DNA of 64,000 nucleotides from an uncultured archaeon (GTDB taxonomy: Archaea > Asgardarchaeota > Lokiarchaeia > Sigyniarchaeales > SOKP01): the NCBI GenBank assembly GCA_964486045.1, contig CAZALK010000001.1, positions 360,242 to 424,241 of the forward strand, written 5' to 3'. Positions within the stretch are counted from its first letter, which is position 1. Every line of letters starts with the position of its first letter. Below, in pieces: positions 52,647 to 61,627 of the stretch. The position numbers and the translations under genes were made by a program. Under the pieces are notes generated by a model. That model had not been told where the DNA came from. It ran no database searches and was given only the letters and a program-made list of their open reading frames with translations.

Positions 52647-53474
52647 TTAGTTAATTTTAGATTGGTATTGAGTTAAATTTAACTGTTTTCGCAATTTTTG
52701 ACCCATATCTATTGATCTTTTAGCTAGCATTTTAATTTCATCAATTGAAAATGTCGCTACCCCACTTTTTTGGATTGATGTTATCTTATTTTCTGTAACT
52801 GAGATTGAAATTCTCCCTTCACAAACCATTTCTTCAGGTAACTTTGGATCTGAAAAGATAATATCATCAATTTTTCCATAGGTAAACGCAAGTGGTAGCT
52901 CATTTACTAAATCTTTTCCTGTTAAATATTTTCCTGTCCATTCTAGTCCGTTATCTCCAATTTTACCCTCAGGAATGTGAGCGGATAGTAATGTAGTTAG
53001 CGCACCTATAGCTCCGGCATCAATTAAGTTCCCATCGTGATTCAATACATACATATCAACGAAAAGTATATAAACAGCTTCCTTTTCCTTAATACAAAGT
53101 TTTTTAGTCTGAACACAATCTGCGTGCCTAATTCCACGATCAACAACTCGAGCTAATTCTATTGATTGTTCATCTGGGGGGCCTCTTTCAAACAAAGGGG
53201 ATGCTAATGGAAGTAACTCCGCCATAACAGTACAAACACCCTCGTCTGGGAGATCTGGGAAGGGTGTCCCAACATCGTATTTTATACCAGTTATTATCCT
53301 GGTATCTCCTAATAAAACATCTGCAGAACCTTCAGCTGAAGCAATAACATCACTTTTAATTTCAACTTTCCGTAAATCCCAAATCCCTCTTCCATCAATC
53401 CGTTCTTCTTTTCGCAAATTTGATTTAATATAATTCTTTTCAATTCTTGAGACAATACGTTTAATATTCATCAT
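52647..53474 (-). CDS. rrp42: Exosome subunit Rrp42
   Basis: RIDGR, AEGSA, ELARVVDRGIR, DGNLID. Confidence 0.96.
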   Translation of the reverse strand: MMNIKRIVSRIEKNYIKSNLRKEERIDGRGIWDLRKVEIKSDVIASAEGSADVLLGDTRIITGIKYDVGTPFPDLPDEGVCTVMAELLPLASPLFERGPPDEQSIELARVVDRGIRHADCVQTKKLCIKEKEAVYILFVDMYVLNHDGNLIDAGAIGALTTLLSAHIPEGKIGDNGLEWTGKYLTGKDLVNELPLAFTYGKIDDIIFSDPKLPEEMVCEGRISISVTENKITSIQKSGVATFSIDEIKMLAKRSIDMGQKLRKQLNLTQYQSKIN

Positions 53475-53476
53475 TG

Positions 53477-54247
53477 TTATTCTTCACCCTTTCCTTTATT
53501 TTGATTTTCTCCTTGTAAGGGAATATATTTACTTTTTAAAGTTTCTAATTGCATTTTGTGTATTATACTCAGCGCTTCTTTGGATTTATCTAAGAAACCA
53601 GTCAATTCATCTAAATCCATATCTCCATCAAATTGAAGTAGTGAAATTTCATCGTTATACCAAGTAATGGCGATTGGGAGATCTGCTTCTCCTGCTTTAT
53701 CTTCAATTCCAGAAAGATCTATAACACTTTTTCCATCAATCTTACCCACTGCTATAGCTGTGACTAAACTTTTCATAGGAATTCCTGCATCAGCCAAGGC
53801 TAAAGCTGCTACTGTAGTACTCGCGCATCTAGTTCCCCCATCTGCATCCATAACTTCAATGAAAACTTCAAAACTCGTACCCGGATACAATTCGAGAAAT
53901 AAAATTGGCTCTAAGCAGTCTCCTATAACCATAGATATTTCTTTCTCTCGACGTCCTGGAGCTGGTCTCTTCCTATCAAAAACTGAAAATGTAGCCATTC
54001 TGTAGAATACTCTAAGCACTCCTCGATCTGGTTTAGCTAAATGATGAGGATGTACTTCTCTCGGACCGTAAACGGAAGCAAAGACTTTATTATTTCCCCA
54101 TTCTATATAGGCTGAACCATCTGCATTTTTAATTACGCCTACTTCCATCTTGATGGGTCTTAATTCGTCTAGATCTCTCCCATCAAGTCTTTTTCCATCC
54201 TTGCGAAACAATTTTTCAGGATATTCATCTTTAATAATTAGTGGCAT
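53477..54247 (-). CDS. rrp41: Exosome catalytic subunit Rrp41
   Basis: RLDGR, ADGSA, YGPRE, DGGTR, ED..GEAD. Confidence 0.97.
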   Translation of the reverse strand: MPLIIKDEYPEKLFRKDGKRLDGRDLDELRPIKMEVGVIKNADGSAYIEWGNNKVFASVYGPREVHPHHLAKPDRGVLRVFYRMATFSVFDRKRPAPGRREKEISMVIGDCLEPILFLELYPGTSFEVFIEVMDADGGTRCASTTVAALALADAGIPMKSLVTAIAVGKIDGKSVIDLSGIEDKAGEADLPIAITWYNDEISLLQFDGDMDLDELTGFLDKSKEALSIIHKMQLETLKSKYIPLQGENQNKGKGEE

Positions 54248-55093
54248 TTATTCTAGACCTCTTATTTTTTTTTCATTTATTATGAATTCTTGCATCCGGT
54301 CTGTTAAACCTACCGTATGAGCTTCATCTTCTATTTTCCTTATTGATTCAATTAATAATCTCTCATGTGCAATGTCTTCCCCTTTTAACCAAATGCGCCC
54401 ATTTTGAGTGACAAAGATGTTACACTTAGTTAAATTCTTTAACATTTTAATCATTGAACCACTACGACCTATGACTCTAGGAATTTTTGGTGGATCGATT
54501 GAAATTATAATCCCATTATTTCTTATCCCTAGATATTTTCCGACTGTGGTTAGTTCAGGTTTGTTGATTCGATCAGCCGATAAAATTTTTACTATTAAAA
54601 TATCTCCTATATCGAATTTACTGGTATTTGCATCCTCTTGACTATAACCTCCGCCGCCTCTTCCTCTCCCACCTCCACTTCCCCTACCGCCTCCACCTCC
54701 TCTGAAAGATCTTGATTTATCTCTCTTTATTGTATTTCTGGGTTTGAGAGTGCCAAAATCTTTTGCGTTAATATCGCACTTGTACTTCACAGGATTTTTA
54801 TCAACAATAAGAGCTATAACTTTATCGCCAGGTCTTGGTGTATAAAAACCCCTAAGAGGAATCACATTTATATAATTCTTGGATATTCGCTTTAAACCAA
54901 TATTTAATGATATTATTTTATTTCTTTCACTATTATATATCGTCCCTCTCCCAGGTAGAAAACTTTTTGTGTCTTCTGTTAATACTTCTCCCGGTACAAC
55001 TACTTCTCTTGAAAATTCGTCATCCTCGAATTCTTCATATTCTTCCTCGTTTGAATCTTTATCGATGATGTCATCTTCTGTTTCATTTTCCAT
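54248..55093 (-). CDS. rrp4: Exosome RNA-binding subunit Rrp4
   Basis: VVPGE, S1 domain, KH motif IPRVIGRSGSM, NGRIW, AHTVGLTD. Confidence 0.95.
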   Translation of the reverse strand: MENETEDDIIDKDSNEEEYEEFEDDEFSREVVVPGEVLTEDTKSFLPGRGTIYNSERNKIISLNIGLKRISKNYINVIPLRGFYTPRPGDKVIALIVDKNPVKYKCDINAKDFGTLKPRNTIKRDKSRSFRGGGGGRGSGGGRGRGGGGYSQEDANTSKFDIGDILIVKILSADRINKPELTTVGKYLGIRNNGIIISIDPPKIPRVIGRSGSMIKMLKNLTKCNIFVTQNGRIWLKGEDIAHERLLIESIRKIEDEAHTVGLTDRMQEFIINEKKIRGLE

Positions 55094-55177
55094 AATTATT
55101 CACACTCTTTTTTTACTGTCATAAACCTAACTAATGCAAAAAAATAACATAATGAGAAGTATTTACATATTTTCAGG

Positions 55178-55981
55178 TCAGGATTTCAAAACTTTAGTTT
55201 GAACTCTCCCATGTGTGAGTTTATTTAATTTATCAATTAATTCCATCTGCAACCCCGCAGGTAAACTAACTATAGAGGCCCAAGAACCATCAGATTGCCA
55301 TTCTTCTTTCTTAATTTGTGCTAATTGGGCTACAATATTATATCCTTTGGCAGTAAAGGCTGAAGGTAGTTTAATTGCCATCTCCACTTGTTCCATGCGA
55401 ATTGGAATGATAACACGAATACCTTTGACAACATCGTCAACTTGTTCTTCAGCATTTCTCATCAAATCAATTTTCACCTTTGCTTCTTCGATGGCTTTCT
55501 CTATTCTCTGATAAGGATGAGGTTTCTTATTTTGTGGATTAATAGCATTTTTACTAATAATTGTAATTATTTGTTTCAGTTTTTTTTTTCTCTCATCTTC
55601 TCTCTGAGTTTTCGTCCAGTGCATATCCCCGTCGATTAGAATTTGTCCTGCGATTCTCCTTCCTTCAGTTGTATTAAAGACAGCTTCCATATCACCGTCT
55701 GTGGCTTTCTTTCCTCTCCTCAAGTCTTCAAATACGGTAAAGCTTTCAAATATTAGCCCTAGATCGATCTTATTACTATTTAAAATTTCATCAACACTAA
55801 GTCTTGATTTTTTTTTTCCAGACTTTAAACGATTTTCGATTTCTTCCCGAATAAATTTCTTTGCTTCCCAAGCTTGCTCTGGATCCATTAACATTTCGAA
55901 ACGTCTGCCAGACTTCTCAATACGTCCAATGATATACCCACTTAAATCAATCCTTGCTCGGTCAGTTGGTCGATCGATCAT
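55178..55981 (-). CDS. sdo1: Ribosome maturation factor SBDS/Sdo1
   Basis: GRRFE, G.KA, INPQNKKPHP.RIEKA, PAGLQ. Confidence 0.95.
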   Translation of the reverse strand: MIDRPTDRARIDLSGYIIGRIEKSGRRFEMLMDPEQAWEAKKFIREEIENRLKSGKKKSRLSVDEILNSNKIDLGLIFESFTVFEDLRRGKKATDGDMEAVFNTTEGRRIAGQILIDGDMHWTKTQREDERKKKLKQIITIISKNAINPQNKKPHPYQRIEKAIEEAKVKIDLMRNAEEQVDDVVKGIRVIIPIRMEQVEMAIKLPSAFTAKGYNIVAQLAQIKKEEWQSDGSWASIVSLPAGLQMELIDKLNKLTHGRVQTKVLKS

Positions 55982-56099
55982 AATATAACTTCTTTAAAAT
56001 ATAACTTGACTTCCCTTGATTTCTTCCTAAGTATTTCTTTTATCTTTCCGTTAATTGATAAATATAAAGAGCTTAAACCTTGATACATTATATACTATT

Positions 56100-56825
56100 T
56101 TAGGGAGTTGAAATCTTAGTTAACAACTCTTCCTTTTCATCCAAACTTAATAGTTTAAAAGTTTTATCTTCTTTCAATATAAAAGCAATATCACACGTAT
56201 TCTTATTTAAGGCATCTCCCATTGTTTCCTTTAAGGCTCTTAAGGACAATAGTTTTAATTCCTCATCACTCAAATCATCTTTATAATGTTCTTCTAGGTA
56301 ACCTCTTGCTTCAACCGCGTTGGCTCCAATTGCAAACGCGAAATATGCCCAAAATGCTCCGCTTGGGTCTGTTAAATACAAAGAAGGCTTTCCATCGTTA
56401 TCTATTCCAGCAATCAAGAATGAAACTCCAAAAGGACGTACTCCCGCATTTTGGGTAAATACCTGTTTATATTCACATATATTTAGAGTGCTATCCTTTA
56501 TTGATATTGTTTCATCGTAATTTAACAAGTTAACCTGGGCTTGTATTCTGGCGCGGTCTATTAGCACTCTTGCATCACTAGTCAGTCCAGAGATGGCAAC
56601 CCCGATATGGTCATCTATCTTAAAGATTTTTTCTGAACCAATGATTTCCTGAAGTTCAGAACTTTTTTTTTCTACGACAAATACAACCGAACCTTTATTT
56701 TTACATACAATTGCGGTTGTTCCTCTGCGGACAGCTTCAATGGCATACTCTACTTGAAAGAGCCTCCCTTCTGGAGAAAATTGAGTAATTGCCATATCGT
56801 AACCGCGGCCTGCTTGCTGAAACAT
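56100..56825 (-). CDS. psmA: Proteasome alpha subunit
   Basis: GYDMAITQFSPEGRLFQVEYA, RPFGVS, TDPSG. Confidence 0.98.
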   Translation of the reverse strand: MFQQAGRGYDMAITQFSPEGRLFQVEYAIEAVRRGTTAIVCKNKGSVVFVVEKKSSELQEIIGSEKIFKIDDHIGVAISGLTSDARVLIDRARIQAQVNLLNYDETISIKDSTLNICEYKQVFTQNAGVRPFGVSFLIAGIDNDGKPSLYLTDPSGAFWAYFAFAIGANAVEARGYLEEHYKDDLSDEELKLLSLRALKETMGDALNKNTCDIAFILKEDKTFKLLSLDEKEELLTKISTP

Positions 56826-57370
56826 AACTTTTCATAAACCTCCTACATGTATTTATAGATTTGGTTAAATCCTGAAATATTTAATTACTTCTTTTTTATA
56901 TTATTTTTTTTTTTTGTTTCTTTTATTAAAGGATGAAATAATTATTGAAATTTATATTTTGTCTATATACGGTATAAATTTTCACTATACAACCTCTAAA
57001 ATTTTATTATACAAAGACAAACAGTTCATCATATCATGAACTAATAAGAATTTAGTTCAAATCCTTGTGAGGAATTTCAAAGTTAATTTATATATTTTTT
57101 ACTCACAACTATTTATGTATTCGTTTTTAATTATTGATTCTGTATAATTTATAATTACGAAATTAATTGCCTGTTCTAAATCTTTCGTATCTAAAGAAAA
57201 AATTAAAGTTTGAATAAGAAGGAAAATATGGATAATAATGAAAATGAGGGGTAAGAAAACGATAACAAAAATTTTTTTAAAGGAACATTTGTTTTCTTCA
57301 TGTAATTCAAACTGTTATAGTATCGTTATAACCTCTTTGAGACAAAATTAAAATATGAAAGATAATTAGC

Positions 57371-57790
57371 ATGCCGGTTGAATTATCTTTGTCTGTCATC
57401 TTAGCCCTAAAAAAAGTCACTCCTGAGATTGAAAATAGAGAGTTCTTGGAGAATTATGTAGTAGCTCGTTTAGGGTCTTTGTTTGAGAAACTTGGTGTCA
57501 ATGATAGTAATGCAAGTTCGTTCAAAATCCTAGACTATGATGCTGAATACTTAAACGAGTATTGTGGAATAGATGTTAAAGATTTAATTGACGATTATAC
57601 TTTTGTAGAGGGTGATGTGTTGTATTATGATTCAGGAGGTTGGGATGGACAACCACCCCCAACAGAGGAAGAATTGTTAGAAGACTCATTCTATCGATTT
57701 TTTTATCATGAAGTGGGGGAGACTGATAAGCGCATTAAATTAGTAGGGGATGAATTAATTTTACTTAGTTCTGCTATAGTTGGGGGATAA
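57371..57790 (+). CDS. Acidic hypothetical protein
   Basis: 139-aa ORF, D/E-rich, no recognised motif. Confidence 0.6.
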   Translation: MPVELSLSVILALKKVTPEIENREFLENYVVARLGSLFEKLGVNDSNASSFKILDYDAEYLNEYCGIDVKDLIDDYTFVEGDVLYYDSGGWDGQPPPTEEELLEDSFYRFFYHEVGETDKRIKLVGDELILLSSAIVGG

Positions 57791-57901
57791 TAAAGGAAAT
57801 CAATTGTTTTTTTTGTTTTAATAAAAGATTTTTATCTTCTCACCACAAAAAAAGGAAAACTACTTACTATGTCAAATGATTTACAGAAATAATAATTTTA
57901 A

Positions 57902-57931
57902 TAAATAGTTTAAAAAAAGGGGAAAATTTGA
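57902..57931. repeat. 30-bp direct repeat, copy 1 (terminator-like on minus strand)
   Basis: TAAATAGTTTAAAAAAAGGGGAAAATTTGA; 29/30 identical to 59738-59767. Confidence 0.85.
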
Positions 57932-58019
57932 AATGAAATCAAATAATAAGAATAGTAGGCGTAAGAGTGTTTAATGTATTCGTTTTTAATAATTTTTTTA
58001 ATTTTTTTAATCATATGTC

Positions 58020-59498
58020 TTACCTAGAAGATTTAAAAAAGCGTAACTCTTCTATTGTAAAAAGTTCTTTATTTTTAGGAAGATACCACATCAACTTCCT
58101 TCGCGCTTGTCCATCGCTTTCAGAAAATCGACTTTTAAACTCCTCTCGAATAGGTGTTCGAAATTTTTGCCAGTTGGATTCATACAATTTTCTTAAAACT
58201 GGAAAAATTACCGTTGTGGGAAGTAATTTACTGCGATAATTATTAGCCTCCCATTTTTGAATTATTGAGATAGCATCATCAATCCCTTTCTCGGAATAGA
58301 ACTTGGCTACATTTTTTCCCTTCATATAGACATATGAAACTCTGTCATTAAAATATTTTAGGGTTATATCCTCATTTATTTGATATTCTTTTAATTTCTT
58401 AAATTTTAATAAGTCGTAACCCCCCCCAATTGCGAGATTAAATTCTGTTCCAGATACTTTTCCATAACAATATAATAAATTCCCAACTTCAAATGGATTT
58501 TCCTTGAAATAATTTAGAAAAGTAATTACTTCAAGCCTATCCATTTCAAATTCAACATCTTCTTCACTTAATTCATGTGGATTCTTAAATGAAGGAATGA
58601 TGAGAACATCTTTTAATATAAATCTAATTTCTGCGTTTTGGAAAACTATTCCTTTATAATTTCCAGATTTAATCTCTTCTCTGGGAATATTTTTGATTGA
58701 CGCGACTCTTCCTCGATAGACAGTTATCTTCTTTTCTTCTAACGATGAAAGGTTAGTCTTAACAAGAACTTTATCTTGATTTAAATACTTCTTAATGACA
58801 GAATCGATATTTGGAATACTATTTTCTCTTAGTTTCTCTAAAATTGGGATTGCAAGGGATTTATTCAATAACTCTTTCGCAAAACCCCCTTGCACCCATT
58901 TATTTAGTGATATTATTAAATTTCTAAGGGCTAATACCGCTTCACTTTTATAGTAATTGGTTTTATAGAAAGCAGGAAGCTCTTCCAATGAAGTATCACA
59001 GATAAAAATATTGACTTTCCAATAGTCAAATCTGGAATTGAAACCAGAAGGATCTTGGGAATGTTCTAAATTCAGTGAAATATATTCATTTAGATAATAA
59101 TTATGTGAACAACCAAATTTATCAACATAATAATTAAAAAAATCATCAGGAAACTCAGAAAATAAGCGATAAACCCTTAGGATATTAAATGTTTCACTTA
59201 ATGCTTTAAATACAGAATCAAGTGCTCCATATCCAATTTCAGTACGAGAGAATGCTCTTAAGAAATCAATATTATAAAGTAAATATCTTAAAACAGATGG
59301 ATCTTTTTGGGAGAATAATCTACTAACAGATCGCCTAAAAGAGTTAGGTAATCTTTTGTACTCCGCTACTCTAAGATTCTCCACATACCAGTCCTCCTGC
59401 AATTTCTTTAACTCTAAAAGATCTTTCTTTATCACAGGATCCGTGATATCTTTTAGAATTTCTTCTTCATGAAGCATGATATCTGACTCATCATACAT
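58020..59498 (-). CDS. Hypothetical protein with two copies of a Lokiarchaeia-expanded helical domain
   Basis: EYQINEDITLK...KWEANNYRSKLLPTTVIFPVLRKL...REEFKSRF and an internal KWVQGGFAKELLNKSLAIPILEKL copy; family recognised from memory only. Confidence 0.65.
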   Translation of the reverse strand: MYDESDIMLHEEEILKDITDPVIKKDLLELKKLQEDWYVENLRVAEYKRLPNSFRRSVSRLFSQKDPSVLRYLLYNIDFLRAFSRTEIGYGALDSVFKALSETFNILRVYRLFSEFPDDFFNYYVDKFGCSHNYYLNEYISLNLEHSQDPSGFNSRFDYWKVNIFICDTSLEELPAFYKTNYYKSEAVLALRNLIISLNKWVQGGFAKELLNKSLAIPILEKLRENSIPNIDSVIKKYLNQDKVLVKTNLSSLEEKKITVYRGRVASIKNIPREEIKSGNYKGIVFQNAEIRFILKDVLIIPSFKNPHELSEEDVEFEMDRLEVITFLNYFKENPFEVGNLLYCYGKVSGTEFNLAIGGGYDLLKFKKLKEYQINEDITLKYFNDRVSYVYMKGKNVAKFYSEKGIDDAISIIQKWEANNYRSKLLPTTVIFPVLRKLYESNWQKFRTPIREEFKSRFSESDGQARRKLMWYLPKNKELFTIEELRFFKSSR

Positions 59499-59737
59499 TT
59501 AATTATGCACCCTTTCTTTAGAAGAAAATATCTTTCAGTTGTATTATATTTTACACCTTTGGTAATGAATAATAAATTAGTTATTATTTTAAGAGTTATG
59601 ATTCGACTTCGTACGAAAATTTTTTAGTTCTCTACTTGATGAATTAGACAATTCATAAATTGAAGAGAAAATCTTCCATTTGGGTTGATTATTTTTGGAA
59701 TTGATGAGTTTATTAGTTGTTAACTAAATATTTTGTT

Positions 59738-59767
59738 TAAATATTTTAAAAAAAGGGGAAAATTTGA
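59738..59767. repeat. 30-bp direct repeat, copy 2 (terminator-like on minus strand)
   Basis: TAAATATTTTAAAAAAAGGGGAAAATTTGA. Confidence 0.85.
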
Positions 59768-59821
59768 TTGAAAAGAAAGGTTAAACAGCTTTTGTTATCT
59801 TAATCTTTATCTAAAGGGGTT

Positions 59822-60193
59822 TTAAGACCATGCAACTTTATTAATAAAAATTGACCATTCTAAAATAATCAAACCTTCATCTCTAGTATGAGCCAGAAGA
59901 TAATCTCCATCTTTTGTAATTGAGCCAACAATGTTACCTTTTCCACCAACGATATTTTTTGCAGCAAGTTGGATATCATCGTTTTTTAGGATAGCAAATC
60001 GGAGGTTCTGAAACATAACAGCGGGTTCGTTTGTTTTCCATGCAGAAAGAATTGCTTTAGCTTCTTCATTTGTTAATTGAAAATCTCCTGACTTGTGGAT
60101 GATATCTCCTTCGGTATTTAATAGGAAAATTTCTTCAATTCCCTCTTGCTCCCTTAGAGCTTCGACTAATGAACGAAATCTTTGTTCTTCCAT
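59822..60193 (-). CDS. Profilin-like protein (Asgard type)
   Basis: 123 aa; helix, IFLLNTEGDII hairpin, helix, FQNLRFAILK, AAKNIVGGKGNIV, YLLAH, terminal helix: matches the profilin layout. Confidence 0.75.
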   Translation of the reverse strand: MEEQRFRSLVEALREQEGIEEIFLLNTEGDIIHKSGDFQLTNEEAKAILSAWKTNEPAVMFQNLRFAILKNDDIQLAAKNIVGGKGNIVGSITKDGDYLLAHTRDEGLIILEWSIFINKVAWS

Positions 60194-60370
60194 ATTTTTT
60201 TCATCATTTAAAATAATTCTGTTTTAAGTTATATTGAAAAATAAAAATATGGTAATTTAAGTCTTTTTAGAAATAAAAATACTGTATTATGATGAGATGG
60301 GAAAAGTATTTTACTTTCCACATATTAAATTCCTTATATTCCTTTTGTTTCCAACTATTCTGTGTTCATC

Positions 60371-61156
60371 ATGGTAAAAACCCTTGTTTTATTTGACCAA
60401 ATTTATAATATCCCTAAAGCTAGGCAGAAAGAAGACGTGTTTCTGAGATATTTAAAATATATAAAAGAACGTGTTAAAGGATTTCCAGATACATCTTTAA
60501 AAATAAAAAAATTACGGGAATTTGATAAAAGATTTGAGGTGTCTATCAATGGACCTGAAGAAGTTTTCGTGTACAATATATTGAAAAAAGAAATAGGAAA
60601 CATAAAGGAGTTTAAAGACATTAATGAAGGCGCTATTTATAATGGTAATCTAACTGAGGTGGGGAAAGTTGGTTTTGGATTATTTGTAGATTGTGCCTTT
60701 ATGAATCCCAAAGTAGATGTATTAATAAATTTACACACACTTCGAGAGCAACTATGCCAAAGAAGGGAAAAATCTTTAAAACAAATAATTGACGCATATG
60801 ATTTTATTGATCATTTTCCTGTTCATGTAAAGATTCTTAAAATTGATAGAGACAACTTAAAAGTGCAAGGAGAACTCGCTCCAGATTCTCTAAATCTATT
60901 CAAAAAGATTTTAGATGAAAATCTTGAGGCTGTTTTTTTAAGTGGAGAGACAAAAGGACAATTTAAAAAAGCAATAACTAGAAAAGGTCACTTCCGAGAT
61001 ATCATAACTGTTAAAAGATTCGGATTTTTAGAAAATATGATATTATTAAAGGAGGATTCTAATGCTCCTGGTATAATCTCCCATATCGGTCCAGAGTTGG
61101 AAAATTGTAAATTTAGTGCGTTACGGCCTAATAGGATTAGAAAATTATTCAATTAA
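60371..61156 (+). CDS. DUF2110-like archaeal protein with S1/OB-like domain
   Basis: GP.EVF..NIL.KEIG, GNL.EVGKVGFGLFVD, APGIISHIGPEL. Confidence 0.8.
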   Translation: MVKTLVLFDQIYNIPKARQKEDVFLRYLKYIKERVKGFPDTSLKIKKLREFDKRFEVSINGPEEVFVYNILKKEIGNIKEFKDINEGAIYNGNLTEVGKVGFGLFVDCAFMNPKVDVLINLHTLREQLCQRREKSLKQIIDAYDFIDHFPVHVKILKIDRDNLKVQGELAPDSLNLFKKILDENLEAVFLSGETKGQFKKAITRKGHFRDIITVKRFGFLENMILLKEDSNAPGIISHIGPELENCKFSALRPNRIRKLFN

Positions 61157-61169
61157 GTAAATGTATTAG

Positions 61170-61243
61170 TGGGCCAGGAGAGACTTGAACTCTCGACCTT
61201 CTCGGTGTAAGCGAGACGTCATACCAGACTAGACCACTGGCCC
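61170..61243 (-). tRNA. tRNA-Val(TAC), intronless
   Basis: GGGCCAG acceptor pairs with CTGGCCC; anticodon arm TCTCG-CTTACAC-CGAGA; T arm GAGAG-TTCAAGT-CTCTC; CCA not encoded. Confidence 0.96.
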
Positions 61244-61397
61244 AATTTTGTTTTTTACTTATAAATAGGATAAATTCTAAGTAAAATTAAAATTTTTGGG
61301 TGGAACATAAATAGATACTAAAATCACCTAAAAACTGTTAAATAAATTCATTAATTTGGGATTTAATTGGTAATATATTATGTTAAATCAAATAAAA

Positions 61398-61431
61398 GTT
61401 CAGGGTGGGATTTTCAAGAAAATGCTAATTG
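61398..61431 (-). repeat. Degenerate copy of the tRNA-Ser 3' end plus T-loop intron (att-like or tRNA fragment)
   Basis: cagggtgggaTTttcaagaaAatgc (61401-61425) vs cagggtgggaCAttcaagaaTatgc (62659-62683): 22/25 identical. Confidence 0.75.
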
Positions 61432-61627
61432 TAGTTTTCATTTTCTTATTTGGGGGCTTATTTCAAATTTGAGTCGACTAATTCAAATCTATGAAAATTA
61501 CCTTCTGATATTGGGAATTAATTTACTAATCAATCCCAGTGCACATTTTTTTAATTCTGGTATTTTAATTTACATACAAATATTATTATAGGTGACGAAA
61601 ACCCAAGCTCAATTCAACTAATGGAGG

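Noticed and set aside
56826-57370. Long AT-rich gap with a T-run upstream of psmA, checked for RNase P protein relics or ncRNA
   Set aside because: No coding remnant or GC-rich structured RNA visible.
61367-61591. 74-aa ORF upstream of the phage-like gene
   Set aside because: Overlaps the tRNA-derived repeat and an AT-rich promoter region; low-complexity composition.
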